59,689 bases of DNA, taken from NCBI GenBank assembly GCA_964546795.1, contig CAZJKG010000001.1:1-59689 (forward strand), in the 5' to 3' direction. The notes below the pieces were generated by a model. The model saw only the letters and a list, made by a program, of their open reading frames with translations, was not told the origin of the DNA and ran no database searches. Of this stretch, positions 1 through 7,779 are shown in pieces. A program made the translations under genes and the position numbers. Source of the stretch: an uncultured Candidatus Saccharibacteria bacterium. GTDB taxonomy: Bacteria > Patescibacteriota > Minisyncoccia > Phycocordibacterales > Phycocordibacteraceae. Numbering within the stretch: position 1 is the stretch's first letter; every line of letters starts with the position of its first letter.

Positions 1-255
1 GAAGGAAGATATTTGTAGCAACATACACGAATGAGGGGCTTAAGTTTCAAATGGTTTTAGGTCCTCTGAAATTTGAACCAAGTAAGAGGGGACGTCCGAC
101 AGCCACGATCTAGACCAAGACCACCCGATTTGCCATTTATTTGCCCCGGTGGCGAGCTTTGTCCCGAGGATCGACGTTTGCCCCATCTTGCGCCTTGGCC
201 AAGCCGTTTGAACAAATTTGAACCATTGGCACTATTTGCTTAACTTAAGCAAACT

Positions 256-284
256 GAGACAATTCACCGATTTTTTGCTACAAT
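256..284 (+). promoter_or_regulatory. sigma70-type promoter candidate for the ECF sigma gene (leaderless geometry)
   Basis: GAGACA (256-261), 17-nt spacer, TACAAT (279-284). The ATG at 292 is only 7 nt downstream and no Shine-Dalgarno is present. Confidence 0.35.
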
Positions 285-291
285 AAGAACA

Positions 292-855
292 ATGATAAGT
301 GATGAACAATTAATTTCTGACTATCTTGATGGCAATGAAAAGGCCATAGGAATACTTGTCGATCGGCATTTAACTAGTGCCTATAATTTCGCGTTGAAAC
401 TAGTAAATGACAGTCAGGCCGCTAATGACATAACTCAAGATGCATTCGTAAAAGCGTGGAAAAATATTCGAGGATTCAAGCGAGGAAGTACCTTCCAAAC
501 GTGGCTTTTTGCAATCACCAGAAATGTCGCGATCGACTGGCTTCGACGAAGAAAAGAAGTTGCCTTCTCTGCTTTTGAAAATGAAAGAGGAGAAAATATG
601 CTCACTGAAACTCTCGCAGACTCCAGCTTGTTGCCAGATGAGCTTTTAGCAAGGGCAGAAGATGCTCGATTTGTAGAAATACTTTTGGAAGAACTTGATC
701 CTCTCTACCGCGATGTATTGAAACTTCGATATTCAAGCAATATGACATTTGAGGAAATCGGCGAACTTCTTAAGAGGCCACTTCATACAGTTAAAAGTCA
801 GCATAGAAGGGCGCTCATTGCATTGCGGCGGTCTCTTGAAGTAAGGCCAATTTAA
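292..855 (+). CDS. RNA polymerase sigma factor, ECF (sigma-70 group 4) family
   Basis: 187-aa ORF with region 2 (DITQDAFVKAWKNIRGF...TWLFAITRNVAIDWLRRR) and a region 4 HTH (LKLRYSSNMTFEEIGELLKRPLHTVKSQHRRAL). Confidence 0.9.
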   Translation: MISDEQLISDYLDGNEKAIGILVDRHLTSAYNFALKLVNDSQAANDITQDAFVKAWKNIRGFKRGSTFQTWLFAITRNVAIDWLRRRKEVAFSAFENERGENMLTETLADSSLLPDELLARAEDARFVEILLEELDPLYRDVLKLRYSSNMTFEEIGELLKRPLHTVKSQHRRALIALRRSLEVRPI

Positions 856-881
856 ATAAGAACTTTCTCTCCCTTTATCAG

Positions 882-914
882 GATGCACCAAAATGCATTT
901 TGTTTTCGTCTAAT
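882..914 (+). repeat. 33-nt conserved module, copy 1 (putative sigma-dependent promoter/operator, or duplicated 5' coding end)
   Basis: GATGCACCAAAATGCATTTTGTTTTCGTCTAAT, 30/33 identical to 1581-1613. It contains an ATGCA-N6-TGCAT inverted repeat and a CGTC-type -10-like element. It also opens a 20-codon mini-ORF (883-945). Confidence 0.5.
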
Positions 915-955
915 ACATGTAGTCGATATTATTACTAATAACTAACAATAAACAG

Positions 956-1522
956 ATGATCAAAAAATATTTATCAGGAATTTCCAGGAAGTCTAAAATG
1001 ATAGCGGTCACTGCTTTTGTTCTCGGACTTACCGTACTCGGTGGCGGGATCGCGAGCGTGAGCGCAGCAGAAACCACTAATGCTCATAATCCAATGAGTG
1101 CTATCGTATCTGCCATTGCGAGCAAATTCAATCTCAACGCTGCAGACGTACAGACTGTAGTGGGTGAAGTTATGAAGACTCAGCATGCAGAGATGGGAGC
1201 GAAAATGCAAGCTGGTTTTGCAAGCCGACTCGCAAAAGCGGTGACAGACGGCAAGCTTACTCAAATTCAGGCTGATCTTATAACTGCTAAGTCAGCAGAG
1301 CTCAAAGCTTCAATGGAAGCTGATCGTACAGCCAATCAAACCTTAACTCAGGAGGAGCGAAAAGCTAAGATGGAAGCGAAGCAGACATCTCTTAAGGAAT
1401 GGGCAACTGCTAACAGCATTCCAGAAGAGTATCTTAAGTTTATAGGCGGAGGAGGTATGGGATTTGGTGGCCATGGTTTCCCTGGCGGTCAAGATGGACA
1501 TCGACCAATGAAAGTACGATAA
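956..1522 (+). CDS. secreted/membrane-anchored hypothetical protein with Gly-rich C-terminus
   Basis: 188 aa. N-terminal hydrophobic segment IAVTAFVLGLTVLGGGIASVSA, helical Ala/Lys/Glu-rich body, tail GGGGMGFGGHGFPGG. A terminator hairpin follows. Confidence 0.7.
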   Translation: MIKKYLSGISRKSKMIAVTAFVLGLTVLGGGIASVSAAETTNAHNPMSAIVSAIASKFNLNAADVQTVVGEVMKTQHAEMGAKMQAGFASRLAKAVTDGKLTQIQADLITAKSAELKASMEADRTANQTLTQEERKAKMEAKQTSLKEWATANSIPEEYLKFIGGGGMGFGGHGFPGGQDGHRPMKVR

Positions 1523-1542
1523 AGTATTATAGTTTCTATAGT

Positions 1543-1566
1543 AAAAAGCCCCAGTGGGGCTTTTTA
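1543..1566 (+). terminator. rho-independent terminator
   Basis: AAAAGCCCC-AGT-GGGGCTTTTT hairpin with a T-run 20 nt after the stop at 1522. Confidence 0.7.
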
Positions 1567-1580
1567 CTATATACATTACA

Positions 1581-1613
1581 GATGCACCAAAATGCATCCT
1601 GTTTCCGTCTAAT
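1581..1613 (+). repeat. 33-nt conserved module, copy 2
   Basis: GATGCACCAAAATGCATCCTGTTTCCGTCTAAT, 30/33 identical to 882-914. It overlaps the first 11 codons of ORF 1582. Confidence 0.5.
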
Positions 1614-1989
1614 TGGTATGGAGAAAATAGAGCCACCGCAGGACTTAAAACGGAATATCCTTTTAGGAATTGCAAAGGAGGAGTTTCGACGTGCAAAAGT
1701 TTACTTCACTGTAGCAGCTACGGCATTACCAGTGTCTTTAGTTGCAGTATTTTTGTCCGGCAAATATCTCATAAGTAGTTTTTATGAATCTGGCTTTTAC
1801 GACTATTTTTCATTGCTGTTCTCCGGAGATAGTGCGGTTTTGGCCTACTGGAAGGAGCTAACGTACTCCTTAGTAGAAACAATGCCGGTCGTGGGCACGA
1901 TCGTGTTTCTGATTGCCTTTAGCTTTCTCATTTGGTCAGGAGCTAACACATTTACAAATTTGCGCCGTTTTACTTTAGCAACTAATTAA
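1582..1989 (+). CDS. small membrane protein, possible ECF-sigma partner or regulon member
   Basis: 135-aa ORF. TATACA (1570-1575)-N6-ATG fits the leaderless pattern seen elsewhere; an alternative start is ATG 1618 (MEKIEPP...). Two hydrophobic segments. No zf-HC2 anti-sigma motif was recognised. Confidence 0.6.
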   Translation: MHQNASCFRLIGMEKIEPPQDLKRNILLGIAKEEFRRAKVYFTVAATALPVSLVAVFLSGKYLISSFYESGFYDYFSLLFSGDSAVLAYWKELTYSLVETMPVVGTIVFLIAFSFLIWSGANTFTNLRRFTLATN

Positions 1990-1995
1990 TCAGAT

Positions 1996-2481
1996 ATGGA
2001 TTTTAGAGATATACACAAATCACAAAAAGTAAGAGGTATCCTGATAGGACTGGGAGTTGCCGTTCTTGCCCTAGTTATTTTCCAAGCTGGCATGGTTGCG
2101 GGGTACAACAAAGCTAGGTTCGGTGCGCGATTCGGCGACAATTTCGAGAGAAACTTTGTCGGTCCTCGAGGAGGAGACTTTGGCGGAGGATTTCCTGCTC
2201 CAGGTATGCCAGGCGGACACGGAGCTGTCGGAGAGATTGTCAGTATCGCTCTTCCGCAAGTTGTCATAGCAGGTCCCGATAATTTGGAAAAAACTGTGCT
2301 CGTTGGTACATCAACAAAAGTTCGTGAATTTCGAAATGAAATCACAGCAGATAAGCTCAAGGTCGGTGATTTTGTCGTAGTTCTTGGAAATCCAAATGAG
2401 GAAGGCCAAGTCGATGCCAAATTAATTCGTCTCATGCCTCCACCACCCGATAGAGCCATGAACAATCAACCGCTGCAATAG
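1996..2481 (+). CDS. membrane-anchored Gly-rich protein (DUF5666-like C-terminal beta domain)
   Basis: 161 aa. TM segment ILIGLGVAVLALVIF, Gly-rich linker RGGDFGGGFPAPGMPGGHG, C-terminal KVGDFVVVLGNPNEEGQVDAKLIRLMP. Same architecture as 6242-6679. Confidence 0.7.
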   Translation: MDFRDIHKSQKVRGILIGLGVAVLALVIFQAGMVAGYNKARFGARFGDNFERNFVGPRGGDFGGGFPAPGMPGGHGAVGEIVSIALPQVVIAGPDNLEKTVLVGTSTKVREFRNEITADKLKVGDFVVVLGNPNEEGQVDAKLIRLMPPPPDRAMNNQPLQ

Positions 2482-2483
2482 TT

Positions 2484-4271
2484 ATGAAAACATTTATTAA
2501 AAAAATCATTACATGGGGTAAAGCCCATAAGATCATGGGCGCTGTTGTTCTCCTCGTACTCATTGGTGCGGGTTATGGAATGGTGCGCGCTTTTGGTAGC
2601 GACACAAGTGAGACTCGCTACGTCCTTGGTACGGTGGAGAAAGGTACGATTGTTGCTTCCATATCTGCAAGCGGCCAAGTTTCAGCTTCCAATCAAGTCG
2701 AAATTCAACCGAAAGCATCTGGAGAAATCATTTACATAGGAGTTAAAGAAGGACAGACTGTAAAAAATGGAACTGTCATAGCACAAATCGATGCAAAAAG
2801 CGCACAAAAATCAGTGCGTGACGCCCAGGCGAATCTCGAGAGTGCACAGATCGCATTGGAAAAGTTGAACAAACCCGCTGATTCGCTTTCGCTTACACAA
2901 GCGGAAAATTCACTTGCAAAAGCAAACGAATCAAAACAAGACGCACAGACTGATCTGCAAAAAGCATATGACGACGGGTTCAATGATGTCTCTAACGCCT
3001 TTCTTGATTTGCCGACGGTAATGGCAGGCCTCGAAGATATTTTGTATGGAAGCAATGGAAATTCGGGACAAGACAACATCAGCTTCTACGCTGATGCTAT
3101 TAAGTCAACTAATGACAATGCGATGCGTTTCAAGGACGACGCGGCAACAAAATATACTGCCGCACGTGCCGCCTATGATAAAAATTTCTCAGACTATAAA
3201 TCGGCAAGTCGGACTTCTGATGCTACAACAGTCGAGGCGTTGATTAATCAAACCTACGATACATCGAAAGAGATTGCAGATGCAGTAAAAAGCGCGAACA
3301 ATCTGATCCAGTTGTATCAAGACGAATATACGAAACGACATTTCACTCCGGTTGCTTTCTCGACCACAGCACTTACAAATCTTGGAACATACACCGGAAC
3401 AACCAATACGCACGTTTCCTCTCTGCTCTCCGCAAAAAGTACGATAAAGACCAGTAGGGACGCGATCGTCAACGCTGATCGTACAATCACCGAAAGCACA
3501 GAATCTCTTAATAAGCTCAAGGCAGGGACTGATTCCCTCGACATCCGCAGTTCGGAACTAAGCGTGGTAAAAGCACAAAATGCATTGCAGGACGCCCAGA
3601 ATACACTTGCCGATTATTATATTCGTGCACCGTTTGACGGCGTTGTTGCGTCCCTTGATATACAGAAAGGACAGACAGTAAGTTCCGCTGCTGTGGCAAC
3701 GCTGATTACAAAGCAGAAAGTAGCAACACTCTCGGTCAACGAAGTGGATGCCGCGCAAATCAAGATTGGCAATAAAGCGACCCTTAGTTTTGATGCTATA
3801 GAAGACCTAACACTCACCGGCGAAGTGGCGGCAATCGATACTATTGGGACGGTAACCCAAGGTGTCGTTTCGTACGAATTGAAAGTCGTATTCGATTCGC
3901 AAGACGAACGCATCAAATCTGGCATGACAGCAAATGCCGCGATCCAAACCGCTACAAAACAAGACGTTCTTGTTGTTCCTTCAAGCGCAGTCAAGACGCA
4001 AAACGGAGTGAGTTATGTGCAAGTATTCGATCCGCCACTAGAGCAAACGGGCGGTACGCAAGGTGTTGTCTCTGCCGTTGCTCCACAACAAGTAGAAGTA
4101 GTAATAGGCATAGCAGACGATGCAAACGTAGAGATCGTCTCCGGTCTTAAAGTAGGTCAACAAGTCGTAACGCGCACGGTTTCGGGCACCACCACAAATG
4201 CTCCTACAACTGGAAGCGCAACTAACCGCGGAGGTGGATTTGGTGCCCCCACCGGAGCAATCCGTTTTTAA
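2484..4271 (+). CDS. efflux transporter periplasmic adaptor subunit (HlyD/MacA family)
   Basis: 595 aa. N-terminal TM, long coiled-coil region, YIRAPFDGVV and VLVVPSSAV beta-barrel motifs. Directly precedes the MacB-type ATPase and permease. Confidence 0.85.
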   Translation: MKTFIKKIITWGKAHKIMGAVVLLVLIGAGYGMVRAFGSDTSETRYVLGTVEKGTIVASISASGQVSASNQVEIQPKASGEIIYIGVKEGQTVKNGTVIAQIDAKSAQKSVRDAQANLESAQIALEKLNKPADSLSLTQAENSLAKANESKQDAQTDLQKAYDDGFNDVSNAFLDLPTVMAGLEDILYGSNGNSGQDNISFYADAIKSTNDNAMRFKDDAATKYTAARAAYDKNFSDYKSASRTSDATTVEALINQTYDTSKEIADAVKSANNLIQLYQDEYTKRHFTPVAFSTTALTNLGTYTGTTNTHVSSLLSAKSTIKTSRDAIVNADRTITESTESLNKLKAGTDSLDIRSSELSVVKAQNALQDAQNTLADYYIRAPFDGVVASLDIQKGQTVSSAAVATLITKQKVATLSVNEVDAAQIKIGNKATLSFDAIEDLTLTGEVAAIDTIGTVTQGVVSYELKVVFDSQDERIKSGMTANAAIQTATKQDVLVVPSSAVKTQNGVSYVQVFDPPLEQTGGTQGVVSAVAPQQVEVVIGIADDANVEIVSGLKVGQQVVTRTVSGTTTNAPTTGSATNRGGGFGAPTGAIRF

Positions 4272-4272
4272 C

Positions 4273-4986
4273 ATGATAGAAATTAAAGGAATAACTAAAT
4301 CCTATGGTGAAGGAGACGCTACCTTTCAAGCACTGAAGGGCGTTACTTTCACGATAGAAGATGGCGAATTCGTCGCAATCATGGGTCCATCAGGTTCTGG
4401 TAAGTCAACGCTCATGCACATCCTTGGTTGTCTCGACACACCGACATCCGGCACATACTTTCTCGACGGCAAAGATGTTTCGACTTTCGACGATGATCGG
4501 CTCGCGGATATTAGAAAAGACAAGATCGGATTCGTATTCCAATCATTCAATCTGCTGCCACGAACTACTGTATTGCGAAATGTTATGTTGCCGCTCGTAT
4601 ATGCTGGCATAGAAGAAAAGGAACGCGAGGTTCGTGCTACGAAAGCCCTTAAATCTGCAGGTCTTACTGAGACTCATTTTCAACATAAGTCGAATGAGAT
4701 TTCTGGGGGACAAATTCAACGCGTAGCGATCGCACGAGCACTAGTTAATGACCCTTCATTGATTCTTGCCGATGAGCCAACAGGAAACCTTGATACTAAA
4801 ACAGGTGAAATCGTTCTCGGTACGTTCCAAAAATTAAATAAAGAACATGGACGTACGGTCATTCTTATTACGCACGAGCATGATGTTGCCGAACACGCGG
4901 ACAGAATCATCACATTGCGTGACGGTAATATTCTTTCCGATTCTAAAGCGCATTCACGTCGCCACTCAAAACACCATGAAGATTAA
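4273..4986 (+). CDS. ABC transporter ATP-binding protein (MacB/LolD-type)
   Basis: Walker A GPSGSGKST, signature SGGQIQRVAIARAL, Walker B LILADEPTGNLD. ATG 4273 lies 2 nt after the adaptor stop; the track start at 4198 overlaps the upstream gene. Confidence 0.9.
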   Translation: MIEIKGITKSYGEGDATFQALKGVTFTIEDGEFVAIMGPSGSGKSTLMHILGCLDTPTSGTYFLDGKDVSTFDDDRLADIRKDKIGFVFQSFNLLPRTTVLRNVMLPLVYAGIEEKEREVRATKALKSAGLTETHFQHKSNEISGGQIQRVAIARALVNDPSLILADEPTGNLDTKTGEIVLGTFQKLNKEHGRTVILITHEHDVAEHADRIITLRDGNILSDSKAHSRRHSKHHED

Positions 4987-6202
4987 CGATATCGCACACG
5001 AAACATACACCGCCCTTTCTGCGAATAAGGTTCGCTCGGGTCTTACGATACTCGGCATCGTGATCGGCATTTCTTCGGTTATCGCAATGGTCTCAATAGG
5101 TACCGGTGCATCAAATAGTATTTCTTCCTCAATTGAGTCACTCGGATCGAATCTCATCCAGGTGACTCCTGGCGCACAACGCACACAAGGGTTTGGCGTA
5201 AGCGCGGGTCGCGGGGGCGCAAAGACACTCACGAATGAGGACGCGGAAGCAATCGCAACTGAAATCGCAGATGTGCAGGCAGTGGACTCACAGGTTTCCG
5301 GGCGCTATCAGATCACTGCAAAAGGTACGAACACTAATACAAGCGTGACTGGCGTGACTAGCAATTATCCGCAGATTCGTAACCTCGAAGTGGAAGAAGG
5401 GGCGTTTATCTCCGATACACAAAATAATTCGGCGTCAAAAGTGGCGGTCATAGGGCCGACGACACGAGACGACCTCTTCGGGGAGGGTACAACAGGCGTT
5501 GTCGGCCAGTCGATCCGGATTAATAAACTCGAATTCAAAGTCATTGGCGTTACGAAAGCGAAAGGCGGCAGCGGATTCCAAAATCAGGATGATGTGATCT
5601 ACATCCCTGTCAAAAGTGCGCAGCGATATCTCTCCGGTGATCAGTATCTCACCACGATCGCAGTGCAAGCCTCCTCGCCAGATGCAATGGCGCAAGTACA
5701 AGCCGATATAACCACCCTGCTCTTAGATAGGCACCGCATTAGTGATGCGACAGCGGCTGATTTTAGTGTTCTCAATCAAAATGACATTCTCGGTGCTGCG
5801 ACAAGCGTCACAACAACGTTGACGTATCTCTTAGCAGCGATAGGCGGCATATCGCTTCTTGTCGGCGGTATCGGCATTATGAACATGATGCTCACGACAG
5901 TCACCGAGCGCACGAGAGAAATCGGCTTGCGGAAAGCAATCGGAGCGAAGAAGAAAGACATCTCGACGCAGTTTCTTGCTGAGGCTATCGCGCTTACCGT
6001 AATCGGTGGCGTTGTGGGGATTGCACTCGGCTGGCTCATTTCCTTTGTTGTGAATTTAACAGGTCTCGTGACAACCAGTGTGTCGCTCTCATCGGTTGTT
6101 ATTGCGTTCGGTGTATCGGCAGTAACAGGAATCGTATTCGGTTATTACCCCGCGCGAAAGGCGGCAGGCATGAACCCTATCGATGCCTTGCGCTATGAAT
6201 AG
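4976..6202 (+). CDS. ABC transporter permease (MacB/FtsX family)
   Basis: N-terminal TM, large extracytoplasmic domain, C-terminal FtsX-type TM block with TERTREIGLRKAIGA. ATG 4976 overlaps the ATPase stop. Confidence 0.9.
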   Translation: MKINDIAHETYTALSANKVRSGLTILGIVIGISSVIAMVSIGTGASNSISSSIESLGSNLIQVTPGAQRTQGFGVSAGRGGAKTLTNEDAEAIATEIADVQAVDSQVSGRYQITAKGTNTNTSVTGVTSNYPQIRNLEVEEGAFISDTQNNSASKVAVIGPTTRDDLFGEGTTGVVGQSIRINKLEFKVIGVTKAKGGSGFQNQDDVIYIPVKSAQRYLSGDQYLTTIAVQASSPDAMAQVQADITTLLLDRHRISDATAADFSVLNQNDILGAATSVTTTLTYLLAAIGGISLLVGGIGIMNMMLTTVTERTREIGLRKAIGAKKKDISTQFLAEAIALTVIGGVVGIALGWLISFVVNLTGLVTTSVSLSSVVIAFGVSAVTGIVFGYYPARKAAGMNPIDALRYE

Positions 6203-6241
6203 GTGAAGCAAAATTAATTAATAACTTAGTAATAAAGATAT

Positions 6242-6679
6242 ATGAATAAACAAATGATTATTGGAGGATTGGTCGCATTAGCAATCGTTGGTGGAGGTGC
6301 ATTTTACGGGGGTATGACTTACTCAAAATCTCAAGTACCTGCGCGAGGACAATTTATGGGAAACGGTCAATTCCCGGGAGGGGCAGGAGGAGGTGCGCGT
6401 GCAGGTATGAACGGAGGTTTTACTGCTGGTGAGATTATTTCCAAAGATGACTCGAGTATAACGATCAAGATGCAAGATGGTAGCACCAAAATTGTGCTCG
6501 TCAGCTCAAGCGCGCAAGTTATGAAATCAACTACAGGCTCGTTTAACGATCTTGCCGTCGGTACTCAAGTCACCGTCACCGGCTCCGCAAACAGCGATGG
6601 AAGCGTAACCGCACAATCCGTCCAAATTCGTCCAGCTGGATCAGCACCGCTTCGTGGTACGCCACCAACAGCACAATAG
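6242..6679 (+). CDS. membrane-anchored Gly-rich protein (DUF5666-like), paralogue-like of 1996-2481
   Basis: 145 aa. TM segment IIGGLVALAIVGGGAFYGG, Gly-rich GNGQFPGGAGGGARAGMNGG, C-terminal VGTQVTVTGSANSDGSVTAQSVQIRP. Confidence 0.7.
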   Translation: MNKQMIIGGLVALAIVGGGAFYGGMTYSKSQVPARGQFMGNGQFPGGAGGGARAGMNGGFTAGEIISKDDSSITIKMQDGSTKIVLVSSSAQVMKSTTGSFNDLAVGTQVTVTGSANSDGSVTAQSVQIRPAGSAPLRGTPPTAQ

Positions 6680-6725
6680 CTTTATACTGAGTTAATAAAT
6701 TTTTGCAAAGATAATTTCACGATGG

Positions 6726-7121
6726 TTACTCAGTAGTTTTTCCATCAAATTCATCAGTGGTGTCGGCTTCGCCCTCGGCTTTGGTTTTGTGAATTACGCT
6801 ATCTCGATGATGCGGTGGCATATAGAGGGTATAGAGCTTCATGGGGCCGGAATCGGAATTCATAATGTTATGTTTTGTCCCGGCAGGCACGATGATCACG
6901 CTACCATCGGCAAGGTCGTGAGAGATGTCGCTTAAGATTGCGATGCCTGTTCCTTTTTCCACGCGTAGGAACTGATCGACATTATGCACTTCTTCTCCGA
7001 TTTCTTCTCCAGCAAGGAGAGACATCAAAACAAGCTGGCTGTTTTTGTCGGTGTATAAAACCTTACGAAAATTATCATTTTCAAGTGATAGCTTTTCAAT
7101 GTTTGTGACGTATCCTTTCAT
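6726..7121 (-). CDS. cupin domain protein
   Basis: 131 aa. Cupin motifs GEEIGEEVH and VIIVPAGTKHNI. Confidence 0.8.
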   Translation of the reverse strand: MKGYVTNIEKLSLENDNFRKVLYTDKNSQLVLMSLLAGEEIGEEVHNVDQFLRVEKGTGIAILSDISHDLADGSVIIVPAGTKHNIMNSDSGPMKLYTLYMPPHHRDSVIHKTKAEGEADTTDEFDGKTTE

Positions 7122-7141
7122 AAATATATTTTTTATTAAGA

Positions 7142-7618
7142 TTAATTAAGCATCCAAATACTAAAATTCAAGTATCCGGCAAAACTTACCCAGAGAATAT
7201 ATGGCATAAGAAGCCATGCGGCCGGTTTAGAGATTTTCGCAAAGGCAATAATCGTGGCGAGAATGGCGAGCCAGAGGAATACGATCTCAATAAGCGCACC
7301 GCCCGGGCTGTGCAGACCAAAAAAGATAATTGACCAAAGGGTATTGAGCACTAGCTGTCCGAGAAATATGCCGAGAGCAATTTTTACATCCCTACGATCC
7401 AGTCCTTTCTTCCAGACAAGAAAGGCCGCGATGCCCATAAGCGCAAACAATGTCGTCCAGACCGGTCCGAACACCCACGCCGGGGGATTGATAGCAGGCT
7501 TCACGATCCCTGAGTACCAGCCGGCAATGGACGGCGTGGTAAACACTGAACTGATAATGCCAGCAAGTTCGGAGACTATGATGGCGATGATAAGTTTGAA
7601 GGCGTTATTAATTTTCAT
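7142..7618 (-). CDS. tspO: TspO/MBR family tryptophan-rich sensory protein
   Basis: 158 aa, five hydrophobic helices, Trp-rich signature WYSGIVKPAINPPAWVFGPVWTTLF. Confidence 0.85.
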   Translation of the reverse strand: MKINNAFKLIIAIIVSELAGIISSVFTTPSIAGWYSGIVKPAINPPAWVFGPVWTTLFALMGIAAFLVWKKGLDRRDVKIALGIFLGQLVLNTLWSIIFFGLHSPGGALIEIVFLWLAILATIIAFAKISKPAAWLLMPYILWVSFAGYLNFSIWMLN

Positions 7619-7736
7619 AACTTCATTTTACTCCTTCCATTCTCTTATTCATAATTCATCAACTGGTTACTCCCTATGATGGGTTTGGAATTGGGAGCAA
7701 GAGAATAAAAAAGAACCTCTGGTGTGGGCAAAGATT

Positions 7737-7765
7737 TTGATGTCATCCGGATAAAGAGGTATAAT
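7737..7765 (+). promoter_or_regulatory. sigma70-type promoter of the methyltransferase gene with flanking operator-like repeats
   Basis: TTGATG (7737-7742), 17 nt, TATAAT (7760-7765). The 10-mer TGATGTCATC occurs at 7738-7747 (over the -35) and 7765-7774 (just after the -10). Confidence 0.55.
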
Positions 7766-7779
7766 GATGTCATCGACCT

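Noticed and set aside
83-91. TAAGAGGGG, inverted relative to CCCCTCTTA at 16983-16991, considered as a distant left end of a 17-kb element
   Set aside because: A 9-mer match is weak. The attL at 11938-11949 gives a far better solution: it restores both the mnmA start and the recombinase stop.
1618-1989. Shorter version of ORF 1582 starting at MEKIEPP
   Set aside because: Not fully rejected. It is kept as an alternative because the first 11 codons coincide with the repeated 33-nt module. The longer form is preferred because of the TATACA-N6-ATG geometry.
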